From a virus: 64,000 bases of DNA. Below are positions 1 to 9,214 of the stretch, piece after piece. Below the pieces are notes generated by a model. The model worked only from the letters and a program-made list of their open reading frames with translations. It ran no database searches and was not told the DNA's origin. Made by a program: the position numbers and the translations under genes. The DNA is taken from the IMG/VR virus record IMGVR_UViG_2895374923_000002, positions 15,523 to 79,522 of that record; one strand, given 5' to 3'. Numbering within the stretch: position 1 is the first letter of the stretch; each line of letters begins with the position of its first letter.

Positions 1-418
1 CTACTTCCCGGCCACCACCATGGCGTTCGCCCTGCTCTGGCCGAAGGGAGAGATGGTCAACACCCGCGGGGCGCGCAAGACCAGCGGCGGCAATCTCTTC
101 TCCGCCGACCAGCCCGCCTGGTGCCTCACGGAGAAGGCCCGCACCTGGTACCGAGTGAGTGATGGCCTCCGCCTGACCGGCGCCGAGGCGGGACTGCTGA
201 TGGGCTTCCCTAGGGACTATCCGTGGCAGGGCTCCCGCTCTAAGCGGTTCCTTCAAGCGGCCGACGCGGTCTCCCCGATCGTGGCCGCCGCGGTCCTGGG
301 CGCGACGCTCGGCATCGACTGGGAGCCCGCGGTCCGCGAGCACCTGGCCGGCCTCTACCCGGCGGCCGAGCAGCCTCTGGCCGATGTCCAGCTTGATCTG
401 TTCGCGGGGGTGGCGTGA
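1..418 (+). CDS. DNA cytosine-5 methyltransferase, C-terminal part (5' end outside window)
   Basis: LTxAEAxxLMGFPxDYPWQG...Q.ADAVSP resembles C5-MTase motifs IX/X; ends in QLDLF. Confidence 0.75.
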   Translation, partial: YFPATTMAFALLWPKGEMVNTRGARKTSGGNLFSADQPAWCLTEKARTWYRVSDGLRLTGAEAGLLMGFPRDYPWQGSRSKRFLQAADAVSPIVAAAVLGATLGIDWEPAVREHLAGLYPAAEQPLADVQLDLFAGVA

Positions 419-467
419 TGGCCTCCTGCTGTTGCCCAGCTCCCACCTTGGAGGCGGGTGAGAAGTC

Positions 468-836
468 GTGAGCGGCCAGCGCATCATCACCTGTATCTGC
501 TGCGGCACCTCTGGCCGGCACCGTGCCCGGAACCTGGTCGTCGCCTGCTACAAGCGGTACGAGCGCGCCCGGACTCTCGACCGGTTCTCTCGCATCCGCC
601 AGCCCGCCGCAGCCTGGAAACCGACCGGCAAGCACGGCTCCACCATGCTGGAGCGCTACCAGCGCCTGGCCGCTGTCCGGCCGCCTCTCAAGGTCGCCAC
701 GATGGCGTTCGAGATGGGTGTGAGCGAGCGGCAGGTGTGGCGGTACGCGGCGGCTGCCCGTGCCGCTGCTGGCCTCGTACAGGACACCGCGGCTCCCGCC
801 GCTCCCGCCTCGGATGTGGGTGAGTGCCATGACTAG
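468..836 (+). CDS. Hypothetical protein, Cys-rich N-terminus and C-terminal HTH
   Basis: CICC...C N-terminus; MAFEMGVSERQVWRY HTH-like segment. Confidence 0.55.
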   Translation: MSGQRIITCICCGTSGRHRARNLVVACYKRYERARTLDRFSRIRQPAAAWKPTGKHGSTMLERYQRLAAVRPPLKVATMAFEMGVSERQVWRYAAAARAAAGLVQDTAAPAAPASDVGECHD

Positions 837-1155
837 CCGCCGACGCGCCGAATGCCGCTCCTGCGGCCGCGACTCTGCCCTTAACTCCGACGGCCTGGTC
901 CAGCCTCACAAGGCCGACGGCGTCCGCTGCGACGGCTCCCACCGTCCGCCTGCGGGTGAGCCTCCGTGCGGGTTCTGGTGCGGCCGTACCGCAGGCCGTG
1001 TGTCCTGGCCTGAGCCCTACCAGCCCGGCCAGGCGCACGCCTCCACCTACGTCTGCTACGACCCGCAGCATCAGCGCGAGGCCGCCCAGTGGGTGAAGTC
1101 CATCACTGGCCACGAGGGCGTGTTCGTCAGCCGGGAGGCGGTGGCTCATGGTTGA
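829..1155 (+). CDS. Hypothetical Cys/His-rich phage protein
   Basis: ATG overlaps previous stop; CRSC and C..C motifs. Confidence 0.55.
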   Translation: MTSRRRAECRSCGRDSALNSDGLVQPHKADGVRCDGSHRPPAGEPPCGFWCGRTAGRVSWPEPYQPGQAHASTYVCYDPQHQREAAQWVKSITGHEGVFVSREAVAHG

Positions 1156-1861
1156 GACGTGGGAACCGCATCTGACGATCGTCGCTGACGGACTAACAGT
1201 CGCCGACCTTGACCGGTTGGCCAGCGTGGCAGCGAGGAACGCCCGTGGATGGGGAGACGACCTGGACGAAGCAGTGGCCGTGGCCCGCTTGGCGATGCTG
1301 CAGGTGCTAGTCGCTGGTACCGAGTCGGGTCCGAATCTGCGGGGCGAGTTGATCGCCGCAGGGCTGAGGGCCATCAGCAGCGAATGGCAGAAGAGGCTGT
1401 CGCTGTATGGGTGTGCCGACTTCTACGCGTCCCGGCGCGGTGTGGCGTCGAGGCCGCGGTTCAACCAGTTCTGGTCGGACTACCTCGGCCGCGGCCCGGC
1501 AGGCCACGAAGACGCCGTCGTCGACAGGATCGCGCTGGCGCAGATTCTCCCCAGGCTGCGGGCCGAGCATCGGCAGGCTCTGACCACGCTGGCCGAGACG
1601 GGCTCCTATGCCGCCGCTGCAGATCTGCTCGGTGTCGCCTACCACACGCTGCTGACGCGGATCTCTCGCGGGCGCCGCCAGTTCCTCGCGTTGTGGCACG
1701 AGCACGAGCAGCCGTCCAGCCCCTGGGGAGTGGACAGGCGAGCAGGGAACGACGGCCAGCGGCGCTCCTCCGCCACCTCGTCACTGGCCAGCATCCTACG
1801 CCGTCGCCAGCAAGGGCAGCAGGCCCGGACCGTACGCACGGAGGTGGCTGATGCGTCGTGA
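1148..1861 (+). CDS. Sigma-70 family-like protein (region 4 HTH)
   Basis: DRIALAQILPRL..EHRQALTTLAETGSYAAAADLLGVAYHTLLTRISRGR matches the ECF sigma region 4 pattern. Confidence 0.7.
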   Translation: MVETWEPHLTIVADGLTVADLDRLASVAARNARGWGDDLDEAVAVARLAMLQVLVAGTESGPNLRGELIAAGLRAISSEWQKRLSLYGCADFYASRRGVASRPRFNQFWSDYLGRGPAGHEDAVVDRIALAQILPRLRAEHRQALTTLAETGSYAAAADLLGVAYHTLLTRISRGRRQFLALWHEHEQPSSPWGVDRRAGNDGQRRSSATSSLASILRRRQQGQQARTVRTEVADAS

Positions 1862-2258
1862 CCTGCTGGCTTTGACGCTCTCTGCTGCGGTCCCTTTGGA
1901 GATGGCTCGGCTTCGCACCGTCGACGACGACCGTCGCCAGCTTCACGTCTCATCGGTCTTGGAGCACTTCCGCTACCCGGTCAATCCGGTCGCCGCCCAC
2001 GGCGACGACCTGCTGTACGGCGGACCGGGATGCGCGAGGAGATTCGCCGAACTGGCCACGGTATTGGCCTGCCTCGCGTGGACCCCAGGAGGAGTGACGT
2101 TCTGCGGCATGCACTTCTGTGCCGACCATCAGGCATGCGACGACTCTGCCGGGGATCCGCCTTTCTTCCACGAGTGCGGCCAGGAGTCTTCAGATGTGGT
2201 CGAACACGGCCGGGCGGCTCCCGCGGCTCCCGCCTCGGAGGTCTCCGATGACGCTTAA
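1851..2258 (+). CDS. Hypothetical phage protein
   Basis: Coupled ORF with SD GGAGG. Confidence 0.55.
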   Translation: MRRDLLALTLSAAVPLEMARLRTVDDDRRQLHVSSVLEHFRYPVNPVAAHGDDLLYGGPGCARRFAELATVLACLAWTPGGVTFCGMHFCADHQACDDSAGDPPFFHECGQESSDVVEHGRAAPAAPASEVSDDA

Positions 2259-3090
2259 ACCGCCGATCTCCTACTACGGGAGCAAGCAGACTCTCGCGGA
2301 CCGGATTGTCGCCTTGCTGCCAGCCCATGAGCACTACGTGGAGCCTTTCGCCGGCAGCCTCGCGGTCTTGCTGGCCAAGCCCGTCTCCCGCATGGAGACA
2401 GTCAACGACCTCGACCAGGACCTGATGGTCTGGTGGCGGATGCTGCGAGACCAGCCGCGGGAGCTGGAGCGGGTCTGCGCGCTCACTCCGCACTCCCGCG
2501 CCGACTATGAACACGCACAGAATGCCGACCTCGGCTCGCTCCGCGACCTGGAACGCGCCCGGCTGGTGTGGGTCCGGCTTACCCAGGGCCGTGCCGGCAC
2601 GATGAGGGATACGGGCTGGCGCCATTTCCAGACCTACGGCGGCTCCTCGTCCGGCATGCCGCGCTACTTGCAGGGCTACGTCTCCCGTTTCGCGCCGGTG
2701 GCCGCGCGCCTTCAGGGCGTCAGCCTGGAGTGCCGTCCCGCGCTGGACGTGATCGCCGCCTATGGACGCCACGCGGACGTCCTCCTCTACGCGGACCCGC
2801 CCTACCTGGCCAGCACCAGGGAGCGGAACTACCGGCACGAGATGGGCGCCGAGAAGGACCACCGCGAACTCGCTGACGCCCTCGCAGCCTGCAAGGCCGC
2901 GGTCGTCCTGTCCGGCTACCACAGCGAGCTGTACGACGCCCTGTACGACGGCTGGCACCGGGTAGAGCTCGACACCCACACCGGGCAAGCCGCCACCGAC
3001 CAGGCCCGTACAGAGGTGCTGTGGTCCAACCGGCCGTTCCCCAACATCGCGCCGTCCCTGTTCGACGAGGAGATGTCCGATGCCTCTTGA
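2248..3090 (+). CDS. DNA adenine methyltransferase (Dam/D12 class)
   Basis: PPISYYGSK, YVEPFAGS (motif I), ETVNDLD, YADPPY (motif IV). Confidence 0.92.
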   Translation: MTLKPPISYYGSKQTLADRIVALLPAHEHYVEPFAGSLAVLLAKPVSRMETVNDLDQDLMVWWRMLRDQPRELERVCALTPHSRADYEHAQNADLGSLRDLERARLVWVRLTQGRAGTMRDTGWRHFQTYGGSSSGMPRYLQGYVSRFAPVAARLQGVSLECRPALDVIAAYGRHADVLLYADPPYLASTRERNYRHEMGAEKDHRELADALAACKAAVVLSGYHSELYDALYDGWHRVELDTHTGQAATDQARTEVLWSNRPFPNIAPSLFDEEMSDAS

Positions 3091-4636
3091 GCCGTACTGG
3101 AGCGACGACACCGTGACGTTGTGGTTGGGCGACTGCCTCGACGTGCTGCGGGAGATGCCCGACGCCAGCGTTGACGCCATCTCCACGGACCCGCCCTACG
3201 AGATCCAGTTCATGTCGAGATCTTGGGATGCCTCCGGTATCGCGTTCGACCCGGTCGTGTGGCGGGAGTGCCTGCGTGTGCTCAAGCCCGGCGGCCACCT
3301 GGTGGCGTTCGGCGGCACCCGCACCTGGCACCGGGTAGCGGTCGCGATCGAAGACGCCGGATGGGAGATCCGCGACACGATCATGTGGATCTACGGGACC
3401 GGCTTCCCCAAGTCGCTTGACGTCTCCAAGGCTATCGATCGAACTCGCAACGACCAGGCCGACATCCTCATGGTTACCGCTTTCCTGAGGGCCGCGCGTG
3501 ATGCTGCCAATTGGACCAATCGGCAGATCGACGAAGCCTTCGGATTCGCAGGGATGGCCGGGCATTGGACCGCGAAACCGAACCTGAAGACCGCCTATGT
3601 GCCGACATGGGAACAGTGGCTGCACCTCAAAATGCTCCTGAATTTCGACGGCTCCATGGACGCCGAGGTGTGGCGTCTCAACGGCCGTAAAGGCCAGCCA
3701 GGCGAGGCATGGCACGTGCGCGAGGTCGTTGGCACCCGCACAACTGGCATCGGTACCGGCAGGGGCAGCGTTGCCTACATCGGTGACAGCGATAGCCGGG
3801 ACATCACCGCGCCTGCCAGCATCGAAGCCAAGCGTTGGGAAGGTTGGGGAACGGCTCTCAAGCCCGGCTGGGAGCCGATCGTCCTCGCCCGCAAGCCACT
3901 CGCCGGCACGGTCGCCTCCAACGTTCTCACGCACGGCACGGGAGCCCTCAACATCGCCGCTTGCCGCGTCGAGCCGACCGGAGAATCCCGCCCCCGCGTC
4001 GGTGAGGCGTCGCAGGAGACCCGCTACACCGACAGGGGCGGTACGGACTTCGCCCCGCTGCCGGGCGTTCGGGGCGGAGCCCCCGAGGGGCGCTGGCCGA
4101 CAAATCTGATCTTCTCTCACAGTGCGAGTTGTGTTGAGGACGGCCCGTGTGATCAGGAGTCGTGCCCAGTCGCCGAACTCGACAGGCAAAGCGGAGTCAC
4201 CACGTCCTCGGGAGGAGCTAGGGGCGGCCAGATCGGAGTCCACGCCACATTCGGCCAGTTTGCGCACACTGGTCCCCGCGCGAACGCTGGCGGGCTGGGT
4301 GATCGTGGCGGGGCCTCCAGGTTCTTCCCGACCTTCCGTTACGAGGCCAAGGCCCCAACATCTGAACGGCCCAAGCTTCCTGACGGTTCGGCATGGCCCA
4401 CGGTGAAGCCGCTGGCGCTGATGCGCTGGCTGGCCCGCCTGGTGACTCCGCCTGGCGGCACCATTCTGGACCCGTTCGCTGGCACGGGCACGACAGCAGA
4501 GGCCGCCGTGCTTGAAGGGTTCCGCTGCATCCTGATCGACCAGGATCCGGTCGCCGCCGAGCTGGCCAAGACCCGCCTGTCCAAGCCGTTGCAGCCCTCT
4601 CTCGACCTGTTCTCGGAGGCCCCCGATGCGCTCTGA
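3080..4636 (+). CDS. N4/N6 DNA methyltransferase (beta class) with internal HTH-like insertion
   Basis: GDCLDVL, STDPPY near N-terminus, PTVKP, ILDPFAGTGTT near C-terminus. Confidence 0.92.
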   Translation: MPLEPYWSDDTVTLWLGDCLDVLREMPDASVDAISTDPPYEIQFMSRSWDASGIAFDPVVWRECLRVLKPGGHLVAFGGTRTWHRVAVAIEDAGWEIRDTIMWIYGTGFPKSLDVSKAIDRTRNDQADILMVTAFLRAARDAANWTNRQIDEAFGFAGMAGHWTAKPNLKTAYVPTWEQWLHLKMLLNFDGSMDAEVWRLNGRKGQPGEAWHVREVVGTRTTGIGTGRGSVAYIGDSDSRDITAPASIEAKRWEGWGTALKPGWEPIVLARKPLAGTVASNVLTHGTGALNIAACRVEPTGESRPRVGEASQETRYTDRGGTDFAPLPGVRGGAPEGRWPTNLIFSHSASCVEDGPCDQESCPVAELDRQSGVTTSSGGARGGQIGVHATFGQFAHTGPRANAGGLGDRGGASRFFPTFRYEAKAPTSERPKLPDGSAWPTVKPLALMRWLARLVTPPGGTILDPFAGTGTTAEAAVLEGFRCILIDQDPVAAELAKTRLSKPLQPSLDLFSEAPDAL

Positions 4637-4976
4637 CGGGAAGATGCCTGACCTGACACTCCCGGACGGCCTGCTGCTCGTCGCAGAGATCGTTGCGCAG
4701 GAGTTCGCCGGCCACGAGCAGCACGTCCTGGACGCCGCCGCGAAGGGTCTCCGATCGCGGGCCTGGGCGATCCTCACGTCCCGCGGCACCAACGACGACC
4801 CGCTGCCCAAGGCGATCCACGACCGACTCTCCGGCCTGCCTTCCCTGCACGTGGACAACCTGCCCACGCTCGCGGCCATGGCCGCTGTAGCCGCGCTGGA
4901 AGCCATCGCAGCAGAGCTGTCCGGAGCAGGTCGGAACGATCCGGAACACGCTGAAACGGAGGCGGACCGTGCGTGA
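4626..4976 (+). CDS. Hypothetical protein
   Basis: Coupled ORF. Confidence 0.5.
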   Translation: MRSDGKMPDLTLPDGLLLVAEIVAQEFAGHEQHVLDAAAKGLRSRAWAILTSRGTNDDPLPKAIHDRLSGLPSLHVDNLPTLAAMAAVAALEAIAAELSGAGRNDPEHAETEADRA

Positions 4977-5793
4977 CTATCCTCACGGCACCCTGGGCCG
5001 GTATCTGAGCCGACGCTGCCGTTGTCAGCTGTGCCGGGGCGCGAAGGCTGCCTACTCTCGCCAGCGCAAGCGCCTGATCGCCTACGGGCGCTGGGAATCA
5101 TACGTCGATGCCGCGGAGTGCCGGGCTCACGTCGAGTCGCTGCTCTCCTCCGGGATCACGCTGGGACGGGTGGCCGTCCTCGCCGGCATTTCGGTGAGCA
5201 CTGTGAAGCGGCTCATGCACGGCATCCCGCGGAGCGGTGGCCAGCCTTCGGAGAAGGTCAAGGCCGAGACAGCTCGGGCCCTGCTGGCGGTGCAGGCGAC
5301 GCTGGACGACCTGCCGGACACCGCGTGGATAGACGCCATCGGCACCCGCCGCCGGGCCCAGGCGCTGGCCGTCCTCGGCCACTCCTTCAAGGACCAGGCC
5401 GACGCGATCGGCAAGCACGCCACCAACTACCGGCGCCTGCTCTGCACGCCCACCGTGCTGGTCGGTACCGCCCGGCTCGTGCGGAGCCTCTACGACGCCT
5501 GGTCAATGACTCCTGCGCCCTCCAACTGGAAGACCGAACGCACCCGCCGGTGGGCCTCACAGCGAGGCTGGCTACCGCCACTGGCCTGGGACGACGACCT
5601 CATCGACCTCGCCCAGCCGGCACTGGAAGCCGCGCTCCGGGAACGGGTCGAGTCGATGCCGATGGAGGACCTGCAGCACGCCCACAACTCCCGCTACCGG
5701 CACGGCGACAAGACTCCGCTCACGTTGGAGGCGTCCCGCGAGTACAAGCGCCGACAGAAAGCCGCCGGCCGGGAGCTGGGGGAGGCGTCGTGA
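4969..5793 (+). CDS. Actinophage HTH DNA-binding protein
   Basis: HGT..Y...CRC..C zinc motif followed by ITLGRVAVLAGISVSTV HTH. Confidence 0.7.
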   Translation: MRDYPHGTLGRYLSRRCRCQLCRGAKAAYSRQRKRLIAYGRWESYVDAAECRAHVESLLSSGITLGRVAVLAGISVSTVKRLMHGIPRSGGQPSEKVKAETARALLAVQATLDDLPDTAWIDAIGTRRRAQALAVLGHSFKDQADAIGKHATNYRRLLCTPTVLVGTARLVRSLYDAWSMTPAPSNWKTERTRRWASQRGWLPPLAWDDDLIDLAQPALEAALRERVESMPMEDLQHAHNSRYRHGDKTPLTLEASREYKRRQKAAGRELGEAS

Positions 5794-6125
5794 ACGCGAT
5801 GCAACTCCTCGTCAAGGAGAACGCCCGACTACGGGCCGCGCTGGAAGAGATCGCGTCCAGGACGGCCCAGCGTGACCTCAACCAGCTCACGCCGCTCTCG
5901 GGCATCGGCCGAACCCGTTCACTCAGAAGCTGCTCGCCGAGATCCACGCTGGGGAGGTGTCGTGAAGCTACGACGGGCATCACAGAGCGTTATTTTTCTC
6001 GATCCTCCTCCGAAGCCCCATGGACTACGAGGAGTTCCCTGACCCCGCGCATCCGCGTGATGCAGCACGGCGTCCTGTCGCCGGCTCTCCGGGAGCGGGT
6101 CGAGAGGTGGCTGGAGACCGGGTGA
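5790..6125 (+). CDS. Hypothetical protein
   Basis: GTG coupled to previous TGA behind GGAGG. Confidence 0.4.
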   Translation: MNAMQLLVKENARLRAALEEIASRTAQRDLNQLTPLSGIGRTRSLRSCSPRSTLGRCREATTGITERYFSRSSSEAPWTTRSSLTPRIRVMQHGVLSPALRERVERWLETG

Positions 6126-6191
6126 AACGAAGACCGTCGCAGCGCGACCCACCTGTTGACCGTTGCATTCCCCTCTGGAAGGCGAGACGAC

Positions 6192-7550
6192 ATGGCAATC
6201 AGCAAACGCCTCCGCGCAGAGATCCTCCGCCGTGACAACAGCACCTGTCAGAAGTGCGGTGCAAAGGCGCCGAAGGTTCCGCTGGTGATCGACCACGTCA
6301 CGCCCGTGGCGCTGGGCGGATCGGATGAGCCGACCAACCTGCAGACCCTCTGTGAGCCCTGCAACTCGGGGAAGTCCGCGACGCCGCCGGACGCAGCAGT
6401 TGTCGCCCAGGTGGCTAAGGACGCGAACAGATGGTCCAAGGCGATGCTCGCTGCAGCCGACCGCATGCTTGCGGCGCACGGGGCACAGTCCGAGGTCTAT
6501 CAGCAAATCGAACGATGGTGGCAAGACGCGCGCGGTGGCCGCTATGCATCGCTCCCCCCTGGCTGGGAGCGATCTATCGACAACTTCCTTGCCGCTGGTC
6601 TTCCAGTGCAGATCATTCGGGAGAGCGTCGAGATAGCTCTCTCTCGGCAGCGGAACGACCCGTGGAAGTACTTCTGCGCCGTTGCCTGGAGCAAGGTACG
6701 CGACCTTCAAGAGGCCGCCCGGTCACTGGTCGCCAAGGTTGGCGACGAAGACGAAGAGGACGAAGACTACGATCCGGATCTCGATCCGCAACTTGCACCC
6801 GGACGGGAGAGCCTCGCTGCCACGATCCTTGGCACCCTCGCTGAGAGCAGCGCGGATCTTGAGGCCCGCATCGAATGGGAGCGAACGTGGCTTGAGGACG
6901 CGGAGTCGGTTCCTCGAAGCAAACTGATCATAGAGGCTGCTCAGACGGCGGTCGGTCATGCGTCCTGGGACAGCTTTCGTCTGATGACGGCGGCTAAGCA
7001 TCTTCTCGGGTTCCTGCCCAAGGACGAAGTTCGAGAGGCCCGTTCGGAGGCGATCGCCAAGATCGAGGAGCAGCGCGGACCCGGCGAGCCCGAGCGTGAG
7101 TCGCTCGTTGTCATCGAGACGGTTCGGCTCTTCCGTCTTCGGCGTGCGCTCACCTACCTGGAGGCCCTACCCGAAGAAGAGTTCGGGGAGTGGATGGCCT
7201 ACGCATCAGCGTGGTACGGGCCTGCCAGCCCATGGCATCCCGAGGCGGAACTACCCGCCGAGGAGAACATCCTCTATGCGGCCAAGGTTGCTCGCCACAT
7301 CAAGGAAGGCGGCTTCTACTGGCACATGTGCCTGGGCGCCGGCACCCGCATCCCTCGCTGCCCCCGGCGTGCGGCCTATCGCGTGTTCTTCAACGAACTC
7401 GGGTGCTGCAAGGCAGACAGCGAACAGCAAGACCACGTCCTCCACGGCTTCTGCCACCAACACCTGGAGGACTCCGTTGATCACGGTTGGGTCGCACCCA
7501 ACGAGCGGCATCTCACTATCCGCGACTTTGAGGAACTGGACGACGCCTAA
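6192..7550 (+). CDS. HNH endonuclease with long C-terminal domain
   Basis: ILRRDNSTCQKCG...IDHVTPVALGGSDEPTNLQTLCEPCNSGK. Confidence 0.88.
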   Translation: MAISKRLRAEILRRDNSTCQKCGAKAPKVPLVIDHVTPVALGGSDEPTNLQTLCEPCNSGKSATPPDAAVVAQVAKDANRWSKAMLAAADRMLAAHGAQSEVYQQIERWWQDARGGRYASLPPGWERSIDNFLAAGLPVQIIRESVEIALSRQRNDPWKYFCAVAWSKVRDLQEAARSLVAKVGDEDEEDEDYDPDLDPQLAPGRESLAATILGTLAESSADLEARIEWERTWLEDAESVPRSKLIIEAAQTAVGHASWDSFRLMTAAKHLLGFLPKDEVREARSEAIAKIEEQRGPGEPERESLVVIETVRLFRLRRALTYLEALPEEEFGEWMAYASAWYGPASPWHPEAELPAEENILYAAKVARHIKEGGFYWHMCLGAGTRIPRCPRRAAYRVFFNELGCCKADSEQQDHVLHGFCHQHLEDSVDHGWVAPNERHLTIRDFEELDDA

Positions 7551-8417
7551 ATGACCTGGTTCAAGGTGGACGACTCGCTCCACTCCCACCCGAAAGCGAT
7601 GGCGGCCTCCCTGGCGGCACTCGGGCTGTGGGCTGTGGCTGGATCGTGGTCAAGCGACCATCTCACCGATGGTTTCGTGCCCGACCATATGATCCCGTCG
7701 CTGTCCCGAGGCTCGGACAAGCTGGTTGAGGACCTTGTCGCGGCCGGGCTGTGGAAGAGGGTGCGGGGCGGCTACCAGTTTCACCAGTGGAATGAAGACG
7801 GCGACGGAACGAAACGCAACCCCTCGAAAAAGGAGGTTGTGGATAACCGCTCCAAGCGCGCCGAGGCCGGTCGCAAAGGCGGTCTGGCCAGCGGAAAGAG
7901 CCGAAGCAAACGGCGAAGCAAGGACGAAGCAAACGCTTCGACATCCGTTCGCGAACCGTTGAACCCCCGTCCCGTCCCGTCCCGTCCCGAAGGGACGAGG
8001 ACGGATACAGGTAGTCAGTCTTCTTCCCGCCGTAACGCGCCCGCGTGGGCGGAAGACGACGACTCCATTGATCTCGGCATCGTCGAGCTCCTAGCGGAGC
8101 TGACGGGCCAGCAGATCTCTGCCATCGATGCGACCGCGATCCGGCAGCGCATTCTCGGTTCTCGCGTAATCCGTACGAGCCGGGCTGCCTACGTAGAGAC
8201 CGCGATCGTGAACGACCCGGGCAAGTTCCTGCCGGTCACCGATGACAATCCGGGTCACGAGACTGGCACGCCGAGATTGCGGTCGGTCTCTGAGTGGTGC
8301 GGCCATTGCGACAGCGACGACTACAGGTGGCTTCAGCTCCCTGATGGCCGCTGGGACAAATGCCCTGCGTGCAACCCCGATGCGGAAGACCCGTTCGGCT
8401 CCAAGGAGGTGTCATGA
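7551..8417 (+). CDS. Phage replication initiator (RepA-like)
   Basis: MTWFKVDD.LHSHPK...A.GLW N-terminus typical of actinophage initiators; PVPSRP linker; C-terminal CGHC/CPAC. Confidence 0.75.
   Translation: MTWFKVDDSLHSHPKAMAASLAALGLWAVAGSWSSDHLTDGFVPDHMIPSLSRGSDKLVEDLVAAGLWKRVRGGYQFHQWNEDGDGTKRNPSKKEVVDNRSKRAEAGRKGGLASGKSRSKRRSKDEANASTSVREPLNPRPVPSRPEGTRTDTGSQSSSRRNAPAWAEDDDSIDLGIVELLAELTGQQISAIDATAIRQRILGSRVIRTSRAAYVETAIVNDPGKFLPVTDDNPGHETGTPRLRSVSEWCGHCDSDDYRWLQLPDGRWDKCPACNPDAEDPFGSKEVS
7902..7936 (+). repeat. Three CGAAGCAA direct repeats inside the initiator gene (candidate iterons)
   Basis: CGAAGCAA at 7902, 7914, 7925; third copy is part of inverted repeat CGAAGC-AAAC-GCTTCG. Confidence 0.5.
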
Positions 8418-9175
8418 CAGACCTCGAAGGTTCCGCAGACCATGCGCTCTATCGGTTCTTCAATGCCGACGGCGGATTGTTGTACATCGGAATCTCCGTC
8501 AATCCGCCCCAGCGCTTTCGTCGCCACAAGGGCGATCAGCCTTGGTGGTGTGAGGTCACACAGATCACCATCGAGCGGTTCGGTAGCCGACCCGACGTGC
8601 TGGCCGCGGAGAAGCAGGCCATCGAGTCGGAGCATCCGCTCTACAACCTGATCCACAACTCGGGCGAACCGTTAACCAAGTCCGCCAAGCAGGGGCGTTG
8701 GGACTACCTCGGGCGCCTCGTCATCAGCCTCGACCCGGCTTGGCAGGCCGTGTCAGCGGCTCACCCCGAGCTGATCATGCTGGAGCAGTGGGTCAAGTAC
8801 ATCGGCGAGACCTACAGGCAGTGGACGTCCTACGCACCCGAGTACGGCGAAGCCGACCACGAGTACGTTTGCGCAAACGAGCTATGGCAGGGGACCGGGA
8901 ACGCTCGCCGACTCCTCGGTGACCGCCTGTCCATCCCCGCCTTCATCGGTGCCGTTGCGGGAGCAGACGCCGGCAAACCCATCTGGGCTGGCGGCCTGAG
9001 CCAATGCCCTTCAGAGATCAGGGTCTTATCGCACGGCTTCATCCGCACATGGGTCGACCAAGGCTGGGACGCGCCTGACGAACTGAAGACGGACGTGGTT
9101 CACGAGACCGTCGCCAGGCGAATGCTCGCCCTGATGCCGCAGTGTCGCGACTGCTGCTGTCCGAAGGCCGAGTGA
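8414..9175 (+). CDS. GIY-YIG nuclease family protein
   Basis: ALYRFFNADGGLLYIGISVNPPQRFRRH...AEKQAIESEHPLYN. Confidence 0.85.
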   Translation: MTDLEGSADHALYRFFNADGGLLYIGISVNPPQRFRRHKGDQPWWCEVTQITIERFGSRPDVLAAEKQAIESEHPLYNLIHNSGEPLTKSAKQGRWDYLGRLVISLDPAWQAVSAAHPELIMLEQWVKYIGETYRQWTSYAPEYGEADHEYVCANELWQGTGNARRLLGDRLSIPAFIGAVAGADAGKPIWAGGLSQCPSEIRVLSHGFIRTWVDQGWDAPDELKTDVVHETVARRMLALMPQCRDCCCPKAE

Positions 9176-9214
9176 CATGACCAAAACGCGCCTATCGATC
9201 GATCGGAGGACCGC

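Noticed and set aside
2720-5101. 793-aa reverse-strand ORF, and similar long antisense ORFs (21818-23434, 28899-30023, 33312-35570, 50153-51871)
   Set aside because: Shadow ORFs of high-GC coding sequence that overlap well-supported genes, are Arg/Pro/Gly-rich and show no motifs
7964-7989. CCCGT tandem repeat as a regulatory VNTR
   Set aside because: Encodes the PRPVPSRP linker commonly seen in actinophage initiators; no independent evidence
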